Shown here one piece after another: positions 49,431-61,375 of a stretch of DNA of 64,000 nt. Both the position numbers and the translations under genes were made by a program. Positions within the stretch are counted from its first letter, which is position 1. The number at the start of each line of letters is the position of its first letter. Source of the DNA: Dimorphilus gyrociliatus (taxonomy: Eukaryota > Animalia > Annelida); assembly GCA_904063045.1 (NCBI GenBank), contig CAJFCJ010000071.1, forward strand, positions 55,065 to 119,064, given 5' to 3'. The notes beneath the pieces are model-generated. The model saw only the letters and a program-made list of their open reading frames with translations. It was not told the origin of the DNA and ran no database searches.

Positions 49431-50310
49431 TGGGGTATACTGTACGAATGCACGAGATACTTTAGATAGTAGTTCCTAAACAGTTACACCAACACTTAGC
49501 AAGCTTACAGTGGGAGTGCAATTTTGGGATTGCCAGTCTCTACTGATTGGTCTAAAAAGTAAGAAACCTGATTTATGCTGAAATCTGAAATTATGCTCAA
49601 GGATTTTATACTAAATCATATATGCTATAACTTTTGATTTTCCAATCTTCTTTAGAAATGGAGTTGACAGGGTTTATTCAATGTTTCTATTGTACCAAAC
49701 AAGCTGAAAGAATCGTTTTGTACCTCATCTCCTTCAAATAATTTATATCACGTAGAGTTTCTTTCCGTTTTGCAATGGGAATTTTAAACCATTGTAAGCG
49801 TTGCCAAATAAAGGCACCACGTGACAAAATTGTATAAAACTGGAGAGGGAAGACACTTAGCGAAATCCTTTTCATCCTGGCTATCACTCTTTATGAAGGC
49901 TTCTTTGGGCCTATAGTAGTATTATGTGTAACATAATGAATATCGTTTATTCAATAGTAAAATTCAATAACAATGTTCACTAAAATAATTATGATTGACA
50001 TTTGCATTTTGTAATTTTAAAACAAAACACTATTCAACAGTACTGTATTTTAAAAACAAAGGTTTATATTAAAGAATTATATTCATTATATATTGAAAAT
50101 TCATTAGGGTATAGATATAAAGTATTTGAAGAAATTCAAATACATTCTGTTCAAATTGAAATTATCAATTGAAGAATGAAAGATTTACAATTGTCTTTCC
50201 TGTTGATTGTACTATTAAAGTTTGCAGTAAAAAATGTTACATCCCGACTTGACAGTTAGTTTTTACTCTGGTCTTCATTTAACAAAACTTAAATTTTTCT
50301 CAAATTTCAG

Positions 50311-51730
50311 TGTGTTTTACTGAAGTGCACCAAAAACATAGGCTAACTGGATATAACATTCTGACACCGACTAGTAAGGATTTGGAAGAGTGCAAATATG
50401 AATGTATAATGAAAAGTACTTGCAAGTAATGAAATACTAAGCTGTAGAATATAACAACTAACCATTCTATTCCTCTCTCCCTCTCTCTCTCTTTCTCCCT
50501 CTTTCTAGGTCAATTGATTATGTACCATCTACAAAGGTTTGTAGTTTAAATTCAGAAGATAGATTCTCTAAACCTGATAAGTTTGATTTTTGGGAAACCA
50601 CTAATTATTATGGGCGAAAAAATGGAACATGTGGTAATCTTATAGTATTGAAATTTGTATCATCTTATCTTACATGTTCTTCTTTGGTTTCTTTTTACAC
50701 AGACGTTGTTGTCAATGCGGCACAGTGTCAAAATATATCTCTAACACTTTGTGGCTCTTCGCTAACAACTAGAACCTATTGCGAGGCTTATGGATGTTGT
50801 TTTGTTGGTAATAGATGCTACTATGACAACACTTTTATACCTGGATTTATAAAAGTTTCAAGAAAAACAACAACATCATCAAAAATGTTGGTTTTTAGTG
50901 GAATAAATATGATAGATTGCTCAAAAAAGTGTTTAGAGAATCCTCTGTGTAGCTGTTTCGTCTACAATCTCCTAACAACCTTTTGCTTTTTATCAGCTGA
51001 TGTTTGTATTGAAAGCGGTGACACTAATTTTGTTGATACAGTAACTTATCATAGGCTAGCTCACAAATCGCTAACTTGCTTCAAGACCTACTGTAGGGGT
51101 GAAACCGGCCACAATGTGAATAGTATCAAAGAATGCAAATCTCTATGTGATGCGCAATCTCAATGCGACATGGCTCTTTACTGTCCCGATAAAAGATTAA
51201 ATCGTTGCTTATTAAGCAATTTAAAAGCTGATACATGTGACTACAATAAAGATGAAGACAGAAAATGGGTTATACATCAATCTTGTACTAATGGCCCAAT
51301 TTTTGACGATACAAAAAGTTCAAGAAATGACAAACTAAAGAAAATAATGGATAGTGAAAGTGAACAAACATGTATTGATATAAAACTTGATGAAAAATTT
51401 AATTTGAGAATTCCTTGGCCTTCAGTTGATTCTAATTTAAAAAATTTTGAAATTTTAGTTAAAGGTGAAAATCTGCAAAATTGTATTAGTTCTACAAAGA
51501 GTTTGCCAGATTCTGGAGTGCTTGCTTACATTCCAATTGATGTACAATTAGACCCAACATTTCTTGGAGAATTTCATAGTTGTAAATTGATTGATGGAGA
51601 TGGCAATCAGTTTTGTAATTATAGATGTGAATGCGGAGAAGAATATTGTCAGGCTGTATACATCAAGGCTTTTGGAGTAGTTGAGCAAAATATAAAAGTT
51701 TGCAACTATAATTTAACAAATGTACCGTAA
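50311..51730 (+). CDS. Multi-exon PAN/apple + trefoil + PAN-like + Cys C-terminal domain protein (upstream exons not located)
   Basis: Exons ~50311-50423 (LEECKYECIMKSTC), ~50530-50632 (SIDY..VCSLNSEDR), then trefoil CQNIS..LCG..TRTYCEAYGCCF..RCYY, PAN DCSKKCLENPLCSCFVY..FCFL, and the C-terminal domain. Confidence 0.75.
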
Positions 51731-51999
51731 AAATTACATTCGTATAAAACTTAAATAGCTATGAACTAGAAGTTGACAAGCATGAAAGGTATGGGTTTGT
51801 TTAAATTGACTGGCACCCAATCATTTTCTATCTATGACCATTGTCTGTTAACTGTATTTTAAAGAAAGTTGAAAATAAATTTCAAAAGTCAACCTGAATC
51901 AATCAATAAATCAATCAATGTAAATCATTAAATTGCCATAGTATTGCTCAATTTTTTAATGTGTTTACTGGTCGGGGTCATTGTCTTCTAGTGTGTAAT

Positions 52000-53546
52000 T
52001 TTTAATAGAGAACTTCAAACTTTACTTTTTAGTTGACTAGTAAATAGCCTCAAAGTGTCAATACTAATCTCATCTGTTTATATTTTTGTGTCTGTATGTT
52101 TTACTGATAAAAAAAATAAAGGGCTGTAAGAAAATATCCTTGGAAATTGGACAGTATAATCAAAAAAGACTGAAACATATATTCCGGAATCAGAATTTAA
52201 GGTCAAGGTAAATAGTCCACAAGAAGTCTGATTATTAGTATTTTTTCCAAAAATACTAAATCTTAATGCTTTAATATTGAAATGATAATATTGTGGTAGA
52301 TAATAAAATACTGGTGTGAGTTTTTGAATACTAAACACTCTTGTTGAATCACCTAGAAGACATAATAATGAATGAATAATAGATAAGGATTTTGCTTAAT
52401 TTAAATTTATGAATGAATTAAACCTGTTGAATAAACTTGAATGGCTTGAAAACCAACATATTTTTGGGTATCACTATGAATATTCAGAACTGTAACATTA
52501 ATCCATTGTTCTATAAACTCATCAATATAACTAAAGCATTTTAAATGTCTGTCTTTGGGAAAGTCTAAAATGATAGATGAACCAGAGCTCCAATCAACTC
52601 TTACTTGTGAAAATAATCTTTTATTAGCCCCCTGTCTGAAAAGTGTCCTCTATTCATTTACTTTCTTGATAAAACAAGGTTAAATATGATATTTTACCTA
52701 TTTCCTAAACAATATTTTACAGGTACTACAGCTGTAGAGAATTTAACCAACATATATACACCAATACACCTTAGACCTAGACAATTACTCATCCATTCTT
52801 GATGAGACAAAAACTGACCACTGATAAGATCTAATGTAAGATTACAATCTCTTGATTTAGAGACACCTTTACTGGCTTCACAAATTGCACCTTTTGAAGA
52901 ATCGGCAACATTTACAAGAAATTCATCATTGTAGTTTTCGGTATCTATCAGGTGAATTAAAAGTATTTTTGTTGTTGTTGTTTTTTTGTGTTAATTTGAT
53001 TATTTGAAATAAAATACCCGAGTAAGCATAAAGAAAAATACCACTGAAACCTTTGTTTTGAATTGGTGGGGTTTCAACAACTTGTATCTCTACTGACGTT
53101 GCTCCTAAACCAATATTCTCTTCCAATAGAAAGCATTGACTGTGAGTACTTGAATCTGGATATATAAAAAAGTTCGAATTTCCAGGAAATTTAATTTTTA
53201 AATTTTGTGGATTCATTGTTGTTTTTAAAAATCCTTTTGTAAGACAAAGTTGAATAATATCAAAACTTTTTCTAAACGAAATATTTATAGTATCAGAATT
53301 ACAGGAAGAGCTTGAACATACTGTCATCCATGAATTGATATTCACCCAAGGTGAAACTAGAGCATTTTTGCAATAGAACGTTGTATCGTGTACAGTTTTT
53401 CTAACATCATTCGAAGAGCAATTTGCTCCATTGTCTAAAGTTGCAACATTGATTAACTGTCCTGTTAATTTAACACTATCAGTAATATAACAACAAAATT
53501 GAGTAAAGTAGATGAGAATGATAAATCTAGTATTCAAATAATTCAT
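52000..53546 (-). CDS. Secreted multi-exon F5/8-like domain protein; 3' structure uncertain
   Basis: Signal MNYLNTRFIILIYFTQFCCYITDS; NVATLDNGANC..CKNAL..SWMTVC..DTINISF..DIIQLCL; second similar domain in a downstream exon (NVADSSKGAICEAS..EWMSNC). Confidence 0.6.
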
Positions 53547-54274
53547 TTCAAATTTTGAATAATTTCTAAAAATTGTGCAATTCACTTGGTGCATAGAGCT
53601 GAGTGAAAGAGGTAATTGAAGAAAGAAGAGAATATGTAATAATAAATTATTTATGGTGTTGATAGGATCTTTTCCTCATCTAGTTTCTATACAAAAACAA
53701 TTTGTACTGTTGACTCTAGGTTACTCATTAATTTTAAATATAGAAAAACTGCTATCATTGTATTACGATCAGTTTTAGAGCAAATGTTATTCCATTAAAA
53801 AAGCTAAGCCTCTACGATGTATCTGATTGTGAGATAAGTGGCGCCATATTTTAACTGATAGAGAGCACCACCAGCATGTTAAAATATGTGTATAAATGCC
53901 TAAATTGACAAAAAATTTTTATTATGTCACCAGATGATGACTGACAACAGTTGGAATGTTTGTAAATTGTAATTGATTTTATAAAATACATATATAATAT
54001 TAAGACTCTTCTGAATTATTTTTATCACATGCTACTTTTATTCTGAATCATTTGCAATCATTTCCCATGTTACCAATGTCTGATTTTAATTTACCGTGTC
54101 TGATTAACACTCACCTGTAATGAAATGGTAAACAAACAAAGAGGGAAGAATTGAAGAGAGCTGACATTTATTATGTACTCAGAATGTATTGCTAAATATT
54201 TGCAGTAAATATTAGTGATGAATGAATGATCACTTTGATAGATTCTTTCTATAAAATAATCAATATTTCCTGAC

Positions 54275-54460
54275 TGAGGAATGGAAAACGCCCATTTTGC
54301 AGTTATTTTGGGGTGAGAATTTGGGTTGGGAAAGGGTTAGGAAAAATATTCCAACAATTGATTTGTAATTAGGTGGGTCCAAACTAAGGGTTAGGAACAA
54401 TGAAGCTTAGTCTAGGGCTGGGTTAGGGTTAGAGTAAAACCACAGAACTGTGGGTGATTT
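54275..54460. mobile_element. Degenerate TTAGGG MITE
   Basis: GGAAAACGCCCATTT...AAGGGTTAGG...GGGCTGGGTTAGGGTTAGAGTAAAACC. Confidence 0.7.
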
Positions 54461-54520
54461 CAAAGTAAAGTGAAAATCTTTATTATTCTTGTGATATAAA
54501 AGTGTACAATATAATGTTTC

Positions 54521-54727
54521 GGATACGACAGAAAACGTCCACAAATGAGTGCTTTTACCCTAACCCTAACCCAGCCCTTAGCTGTACCTAACCTTTTTCA
54601 TTACCCCTAACCCTTAGAGGAGACCCTCCTAACTGCAAATCAGTTACTGTTTTCTTTTGCCTAGCCATTTCTCAATCCAAATTTTTGTCTTGAAATTTCT
54701 CATTTGTGGACGTTTTCTGTCGACCCC
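54521..54727. mobile_element. 207-bp TTAGGG MITE
   Basis: TIRs GGATACGACAGAAAACGTCCACAAATGAG / CTCATTTGTGGACGTTTTCTGTCGACCCC; CCCTAACCCTAACCCAGCCC. Confidence 0.9.
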
Positions 54728-56799
54728 GATATTTCATTTATTGAATAAATTAGATAGTAGCATTTAATTTACATGGAACTTGTTCAAACTCTACTATTTC
54801 ATAGTCTTTTTTCGGCTGTTCTTTTATCCATCTTTTGCATAGTGACATTTAAGCCACATCCAAAGTTTCTTATCAAACTTTCAAAAACGAATTTTGTATA
54901 AATATTGTTTTAATTTGCCAAGTCTATTTTTAACTTTAATGTTTTGAGAAAGATTTTTTTAAAAATTTGAGATATAAATGATAGCAGTTTTAGTAATCTA
55001 AATATAAATTAGATTGAATACAGCTGGTGGAAGGCAAAGTTGGTTTCTTAGCAAATAATGCAGAAACTTTTTGTTGTTTTTTCTAGCATAGCTTTTTAAG
55101 AGACACAAATTTGACAGTGTTCTGTCTGTACTCTAATCTAAATTTCTTCAGAGCTTTGACCTTCTACTAAGCCTATGAAAGTATAATATATTTTCTTACT
55201 AGTTGTTAGCCTTAAAAGTTTTTTCTATGGAAAGTTAGGCAAGAAATTCTTTCTGATACTTTCTAGAATAGTGTTGCTCAGAATTGAGATATTTAGAATT
55301 TTTATATTTGAAAAGAAGCAGAAGGAATACTTGAGAATTTTATGGTAACTTTATTGAATGATGATGAGCATTCAGATCACCTAGTCAAATGTTTTCATTT
55401 AACTGCTCAATGGATCAACCAGCAGATATGTAAGATATCGATTTAACAAATATTTTGAAATGCTATTTTGAATAGATAAAATAACTGGAAAGAAATTTTT
55501 GAAAGAATACAAACTATAAAAAGATTTCTATAACTGTCCATACTTTAAATAACATTATCTCCTTTGTTGAAACACCAGCTTGTATGTTGATTTGCAATTG
55601 TAGAAAATTTTAGCAAGAACTGAAACATTTGTGCTATTTTTCCCGGTTATGGCCATTTCTCAATGTTACACTTAAAAATTAAAAATTTTTTTTTGGAATT
55701 TTTACTCTTTCCATTCTTAAAAAATCAAAATGGAGTATGTTTTATATTGAAAAACTTAGAATGAGCCATACTGCTGATTCTCGATTTTTACAATCGGATA
55801 ATACATTTTTTGACTCTCCCTATTTCTGATTAGGTTTTATAAGTTTGACCAAAACAAGTTTCAAGAGACCCCCATAAAGTATAAACTTTCTGTACAAGTA
55901 GGACTGTCTATAACTAATCAATCAAAAAATGCTAAGTATGTGTTTTAATCTCATCAGTGTTTTAAATTTTTGGCTAGCTGCCAAGTATGATTGACCTATC
56001 ACGAATTGGTCCTGGCCATTTGCACAACTCGTCAAGGTCAACAGTTACTGACATTTTGGAACATCAAATGTTGTCTAATACTCAATCTTCAGCGAAATGA
56101 TTTGAAAAAAGTTGGCCAAATTCAATTCTCTTTTAAATCAATGATCATCAATAGAATTTCTGCAATAGTGATATACTTTGTAATTGGTGGATAAAAAACC
56201 TAGAATAATCTTTTTAAAAAATAACTTTCACTTTTTATTAATAATATTTTCTTAATATTTCAAATTTGGATATTAAACACTAACAACTCGTCTACTAATC
56301 AGATACTAATTAGTAAGTGGTGTTTTTTTTCTTTCTATAATGAACTGAAACTGCAATGTAAACAAACAGAAAACTTTAATAAACCTACTGAAAGTTTACA
56401 TAGAGCAGTAAAATTACAGAACTTACAGAATAATGTTTTTGCTCACAAGAAAAAGACTCAACATTTTAAGCTTTTTGAAAAAACTAAAATAGATCTCATT
56501 TGAAAAAAAACTCTAAGAAATTTCAATCTTTCAAAAGACATACTTTGTTTTTGTGTCAATTACGAAGAGCAATATATAGAATATACCTATATATTTTTCA
56601 TGGTAATATATAAAAAATCATTTACAGCCCTTTATACTTTTTTAATAGAAAAAGACTAGGCCAGATTTTTTATAGCATAAAATAACATCAGAAATCTAAA
56701 TATAAATTAGATTGAATACAGCTGGTGGAAGGCAAAGTTGGTTTCTTGGCAAATAATGCAGAAACTTTTTGTAATTTTAACAAATTTAACTCTACTGCA

Positions 56800-58029
56800 A
56801 AATTCAATGCAGACACTTTTGATAAGTGTAATAAATTTTGCAGACAATTATGTTGAGATTACAAATTCTGGATCAAACTTAATAGATTTAACCCCCATTT
56901 ACCTATATGAGATATTAGGTGAATAAAGGTACTAAAAAAGTATATTATCCAACAAATTTAGCTGGTACATTACAACCAAATGCTTTTTTGAAAGTTCATT
57001 ATACTGATAGACCAGTAAAGAGAGCTGTTCAAGAAAATTCATATTATTTTGATGACCCTGTCGATACTCCAAGCACATTTATCTTATCAGACGGTGTGTA
57101 TTAAACTTTAGCTTAAAATTCTGACAATCAACTTTATAACAACCTTTTCACAGCTGTCAAGTATCATACTGATCCAGCAGATTTTCAACAAAGTGATATA
57201 ATTGATGGTGTTGTCTTTGTAAAAACACTCACACCAAATATTTATTCTTTTATAAATTGGTCTGGTGATATTATTGTTAGTAATGGAGCTTCAATTAGAA
57301 GCTGAAAATGATTGTCCTAATCAAGGTTGAGTATTCAATGTTGTTTTATACCATTTGTTTTTTAGTAATCCTACTTTAAAATAGGTTCCCAAGGTGATCC
57401 ACATTTACACCAATCTATTGTGGATTCAAAAACTGGACAGCTACATCATATTTGTTATGATGTTGTTGGTAAATCTGACCAATCAATTTTTATTCTATAT
57501 GATCCAATCTTAAAGGTCAAGGTCAAAGGAATTCTTAAAGATGATTATTATATCCATGAGATCAGGATAACTGTCGATAATCAAGTTATAAAGATTAAAA
57601 CGTATGTGATAATTTTTCCAGATGATATTATTGAATGGAATAATCATAATCAAATTAAAAAAGCCAGTGAATTTGGACAATATTCTTTTCTGTTATCTCA
57701 AAATTCTATTCAAATTACTTTTAAAAACCATCCTAAAACACTAACAATTACTGTATTAAGAGAAAACAATTCATTTAAATGGCCCATTCTTGAATGTTCT
57801 GTTTGATAGTGTCAAAACAGCAGCAAAGAACTATGGCGGAATAATTGGAGATATTGCAAAAAAATCTTTTAAAGTTTTTCCATCTGCTCAGAGTGATACC
57901 AGAGTTGTTTTTCAGATTATTGATGAGTATGTACAAGCAATTAAGAAGACTAGATATGAAAAGAATTGCTGGTTTATTCTTCTCAGACATTTAATTTCTA
58001 AAGATGAACTCTCCAAATACATTTACTAA
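56800..58029 (+). CDS. Lamin-tail-like domain + inter-alpha-trypsin inhibitor heavy chain C-terminal-like domain; 1-nt frameshift near 57783; 5' end unclear
   Basis: DNYVEITNSGSNLIDLT..L..GTLQPNAFLKV (LTD-like); GDPHFTQ..HICYDVVG..IFILYD...YGGIIGDI (ITI_HC_C-like). Confidence 0.6.
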
Positions 58030-59029
58030 GAGTATCATCTTTCTGATGTGAGATTCAATTAAGCTTAAATTGTAATTTGGCTAAAAAAAGAATGTAATAA
58101 GAAAGCAATGAAAAACATATCTATGGTTCCTTACTCTATCCTTTGCCTAGCCATTGTCATTGTGTTTGTGACATTTGTTTTTTTTGCCAGATGTCTCACC
58201 TAATGTGACCTAACATTAAAATCTTAGAGAGCATTCAAAAAATACATTGATGATTGAGAGAATGTATTTCCAATCTCATCATTTTATGGTGTATATGTAC
58301 TTTATTGTATTATAATTGTAACAATTTCTGACTTTTCAAAGCAGTATAATTCCTTTCCAATCATTTACAAATTTGGCAAAGTACTCACAAAAATGTATTA
58401 AGTAAATAAGTTATAATTTAACAGTACAGTTTAGTCTACAGTTAGAGATTGGAGACTGACAAGCTTTGAAGTGGCCTCTCCTTTTATATATGAACCGAGC
58501 TTGGTTTCAATTAGTCAAAGGCTTGCATGTAACAAATATTCTTTTGAATATGAATGACTATTATATAACATATCTAAAATATTATAGTCTAAATTCAAAA
58601 TTTAAGTGGAACTTTGCATAATCTCAATTAGAACAAAACTTTTTTATTTGATGAATTTCTGCAGAAAGATTTTTTGAAAATGGAGAAAAGATTTTAATCT
58701 AGGAAAGGCAGATAAATGTTATTTAACCTGAAAAGTAGATGTGAGATGTCAATATATTTTTTCTATGGGTTAGGTTGAAATCAGACTCAGTCGAAATCTT
58801 ACACTATGAAAATATTTAAACATTCGGTATATTCATAGATTTAAGATATTTAAATGTAAATGTTGGATATCATTTACATGAAAAGCAAAGTGCAAATATG
58901 ACAAATTTGCTTGGAAATTGTTCTAGCTCTAATTGAAGAAGCAGAAGATTACAGACTGATAATCTTAAAGGCCCTCTGGATGATCATCTGTCTCTGTCTG
59001 TCTGTCTGTCTGTCTGCCTCAGAACTTTA

Positions 59030-59207
59030 GGGATATTTTGTAATTTGACAACCTACTGTTATGAACTATCTATTCTGCTATTCAACTTTCATATCGTTTG
59101 CTTAAATATTATATTTATGAATAAAGCATTTAAATTAAAGGTTCAGGTAGAGCCAGTACTTTTGCTGTAACTTGCAAAATGCATAAATTGCTCAACTGAG
59201 TAGTATC
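59030..59207 (+). repeat. Diverged LTR 3' portion
   Basis: TTTGACAACCTACTGTT..AATAAAGC..AAAGGTTCAGGTAGAGCCAGTAC..AACTTGCAAA resembles 6240-6420. Confidence 0.55.
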
Positions 59208-59421
59208 CTAATCTTTATTTATCATTATTCTTTGATAAAGTACATGTCATTTAAAAATATAGTATAACTAAGGTCAAGGAAATCTATTTATTTTTTGTGA
59301 ATTTTCAACATCAATGGATTGATAGAAAAAGTCTTATCTGAAAAAAAATCTTATCTTTTGAAATAAAAGAGGAAATTCTGCTTCATTTCAAAAGTGTAAA
59401 AAGTAGTTGTAACAAAGAAAA

Positions 59422-61375
59422 ATGAAATTCATATTTTCTCTTTTATTTTGTAACTAGATTTTTTTTATTTCTTTTTCAGTCTATAATCAATTTTTAATTC
59501 ATTTTTGTTACAGTTTTATCACTGGTTGAATGGAATTTTTCGCAGTTTGTTTGCCCTCTTAATTCTGAATTAAGACCAATTGATGGTTCTTATCCGGATC
59601 CTGAGTATTGTGGTACTTACTATCATTGTATTAATGGTACAGCCCATCCTCAACAATGTCCTCCTGGACTCTTCTTCACGATCTCATTAACAAATTGTAA
59701 ATATTCTATGTGTGTTGAGCCTGAGGAGGCGGATTGTCCTGGTGGAAATTCATCCATGATTGTTAAGTCAGATTACCCTTCAGAGTGTTCTATGGATGAT
59801 GATACTCTAATTACACCTCAACAGTCTTGTTATCTAAAGAATGATGACTGTGAAGGAGGACAAAATGGAACATTTCCTAACCAAAATGACTGTAGGCAAT
59901 ACTATCATTGTTACAATGGAGTTGCTTGGCCACAGCAATGTCCATCTGGTTACTTCTTTAGTCCAACATTGAATGTTCGTGATTGTACAACTAGAATATG
60001 TGTTACTGCTGAAGAGTCTAAGTGTCCTATACCAGGAGGATGGTCCGAATGGTCTGAATGGAGCGGATGTGATCCAAATTGTGGTGATGGTTTAAAAACA
60101 AGAACAAGAAGTTGTTCAAATCCTCCACCATCCAATGGAGGAGCAGAATGTCCTGGTAATTCAGTAGATTTAGAATTGTGTTTAAACCCTCCTTGTAATC
60201 TTTATAAAAATCCTTCATTTATGGTATCTTTAACAAGAACAACACAAATTAGAAGAGGGAAACTTGAATGGCATAAAGTAAATTATGATAATGGAGATTT
60301 ATTCAACACTGCAACAAATTCACTGAATATAACTAAAAATGGATTTTACTATCTATCATATACTGGAACAACATCAACAGCTTCATCAATAAGCTATTTA
60401 GCACAACTTAGAAATGTTGGTGTTGATAATATCCTCTATCAAGGAAAAAGTTATCACAGAGATACATTCAGTTCAGCTGGAATATATATATTTACACCTC
60501 TCAATCAACCTTATATTTCTCATGAATTAGAAACTCATACAGTAAGCAGTGAAAGAGGTTTCGAAACATCTTGGACAGGTTTTCATTACAATTCTGAAAA
60601 TGTATTTTTTGTTGGTAGATATACAGATTTTTTCCAAAATGGACAACCAATTACATTTCAAAGGATTGTTACTTTAAGAGGTGCATCAATGAATACTCAA
60701 ATGACTGAAATAATTGCATCATCAAAAGGATGGTATTTCATTAATTTTGGAAGTGGATTCTACAGTTTTAGAAAATGCTTAGTCAGCTTAACAATCAATG
60801 GTGAAACAATATCGAAAGAGAGAATGATAGTTAAAAGCAACTCTATTAGAGAACACAATCAAGCATCAAGAGGGATAATGCTCCATTTGGAGGAAAATGA
60901 CAGATTATCTTTAAAATTGATAGAAGGATCTGTAAGATCAACATCATTGTATACTTATATATCAGGATTTAAACTCAATGCTACTGAACAACGTCCAGCA
61001 TTTTATGCCTATAGAACAGAAAATTTACAAACAACTCAAAGGGTTAAAATTGCCTATCAACAAATTGTTTATGATACAAATTCTGGTTGGAATTCTATAG
61101 AAAATTCTTATAAAGTTTCCATTTCCGGTTTATATTATATTGATATATCTGTTGGAACATGGCCATTTTCACAATGCGTAGTATATATTATGGTAAATAA
61201 TGAACAAAAATTAGGTATGCAAAGGCTAAGGAGTAGAGCAGCTACTGAGATTATGAGCAGAGGAGGATTATTAAAATTGGAACAGGGAGACAGTCTATCA
61301 ATAGAAACCAGTCATAGTCTATATAGTGATAATTGGAAATTGACATCAATTGCTTTGTTTTATGTTTCATCTTAA
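59422..61375 (+). CDS. Secreted protein: 2x chitin-binding CBM14, TSP1 and three tandem C1q domains; intron 59450-59513
   Basis: MKFIFSLLF|FLSLVEWNFSQ signal, in frame with ORF 59708; YPDPEYCGTYYHC..QQCPPGLFF and FPNQNDCRQYYHC..QQCPSGYFF; WSEWSEWSGC..CG.G.KTRTRSCSNPPP; three gC1q-like units (FN.AT..NGFYY, SKGWYF, SGLYY..LKLEQGD). Confidence 0.88.

Noticed and set aside
58990-59020. (TCTG)n and (CT)n (~50480) microsatellites
   Set aside because: Ordinary short tandem repeats
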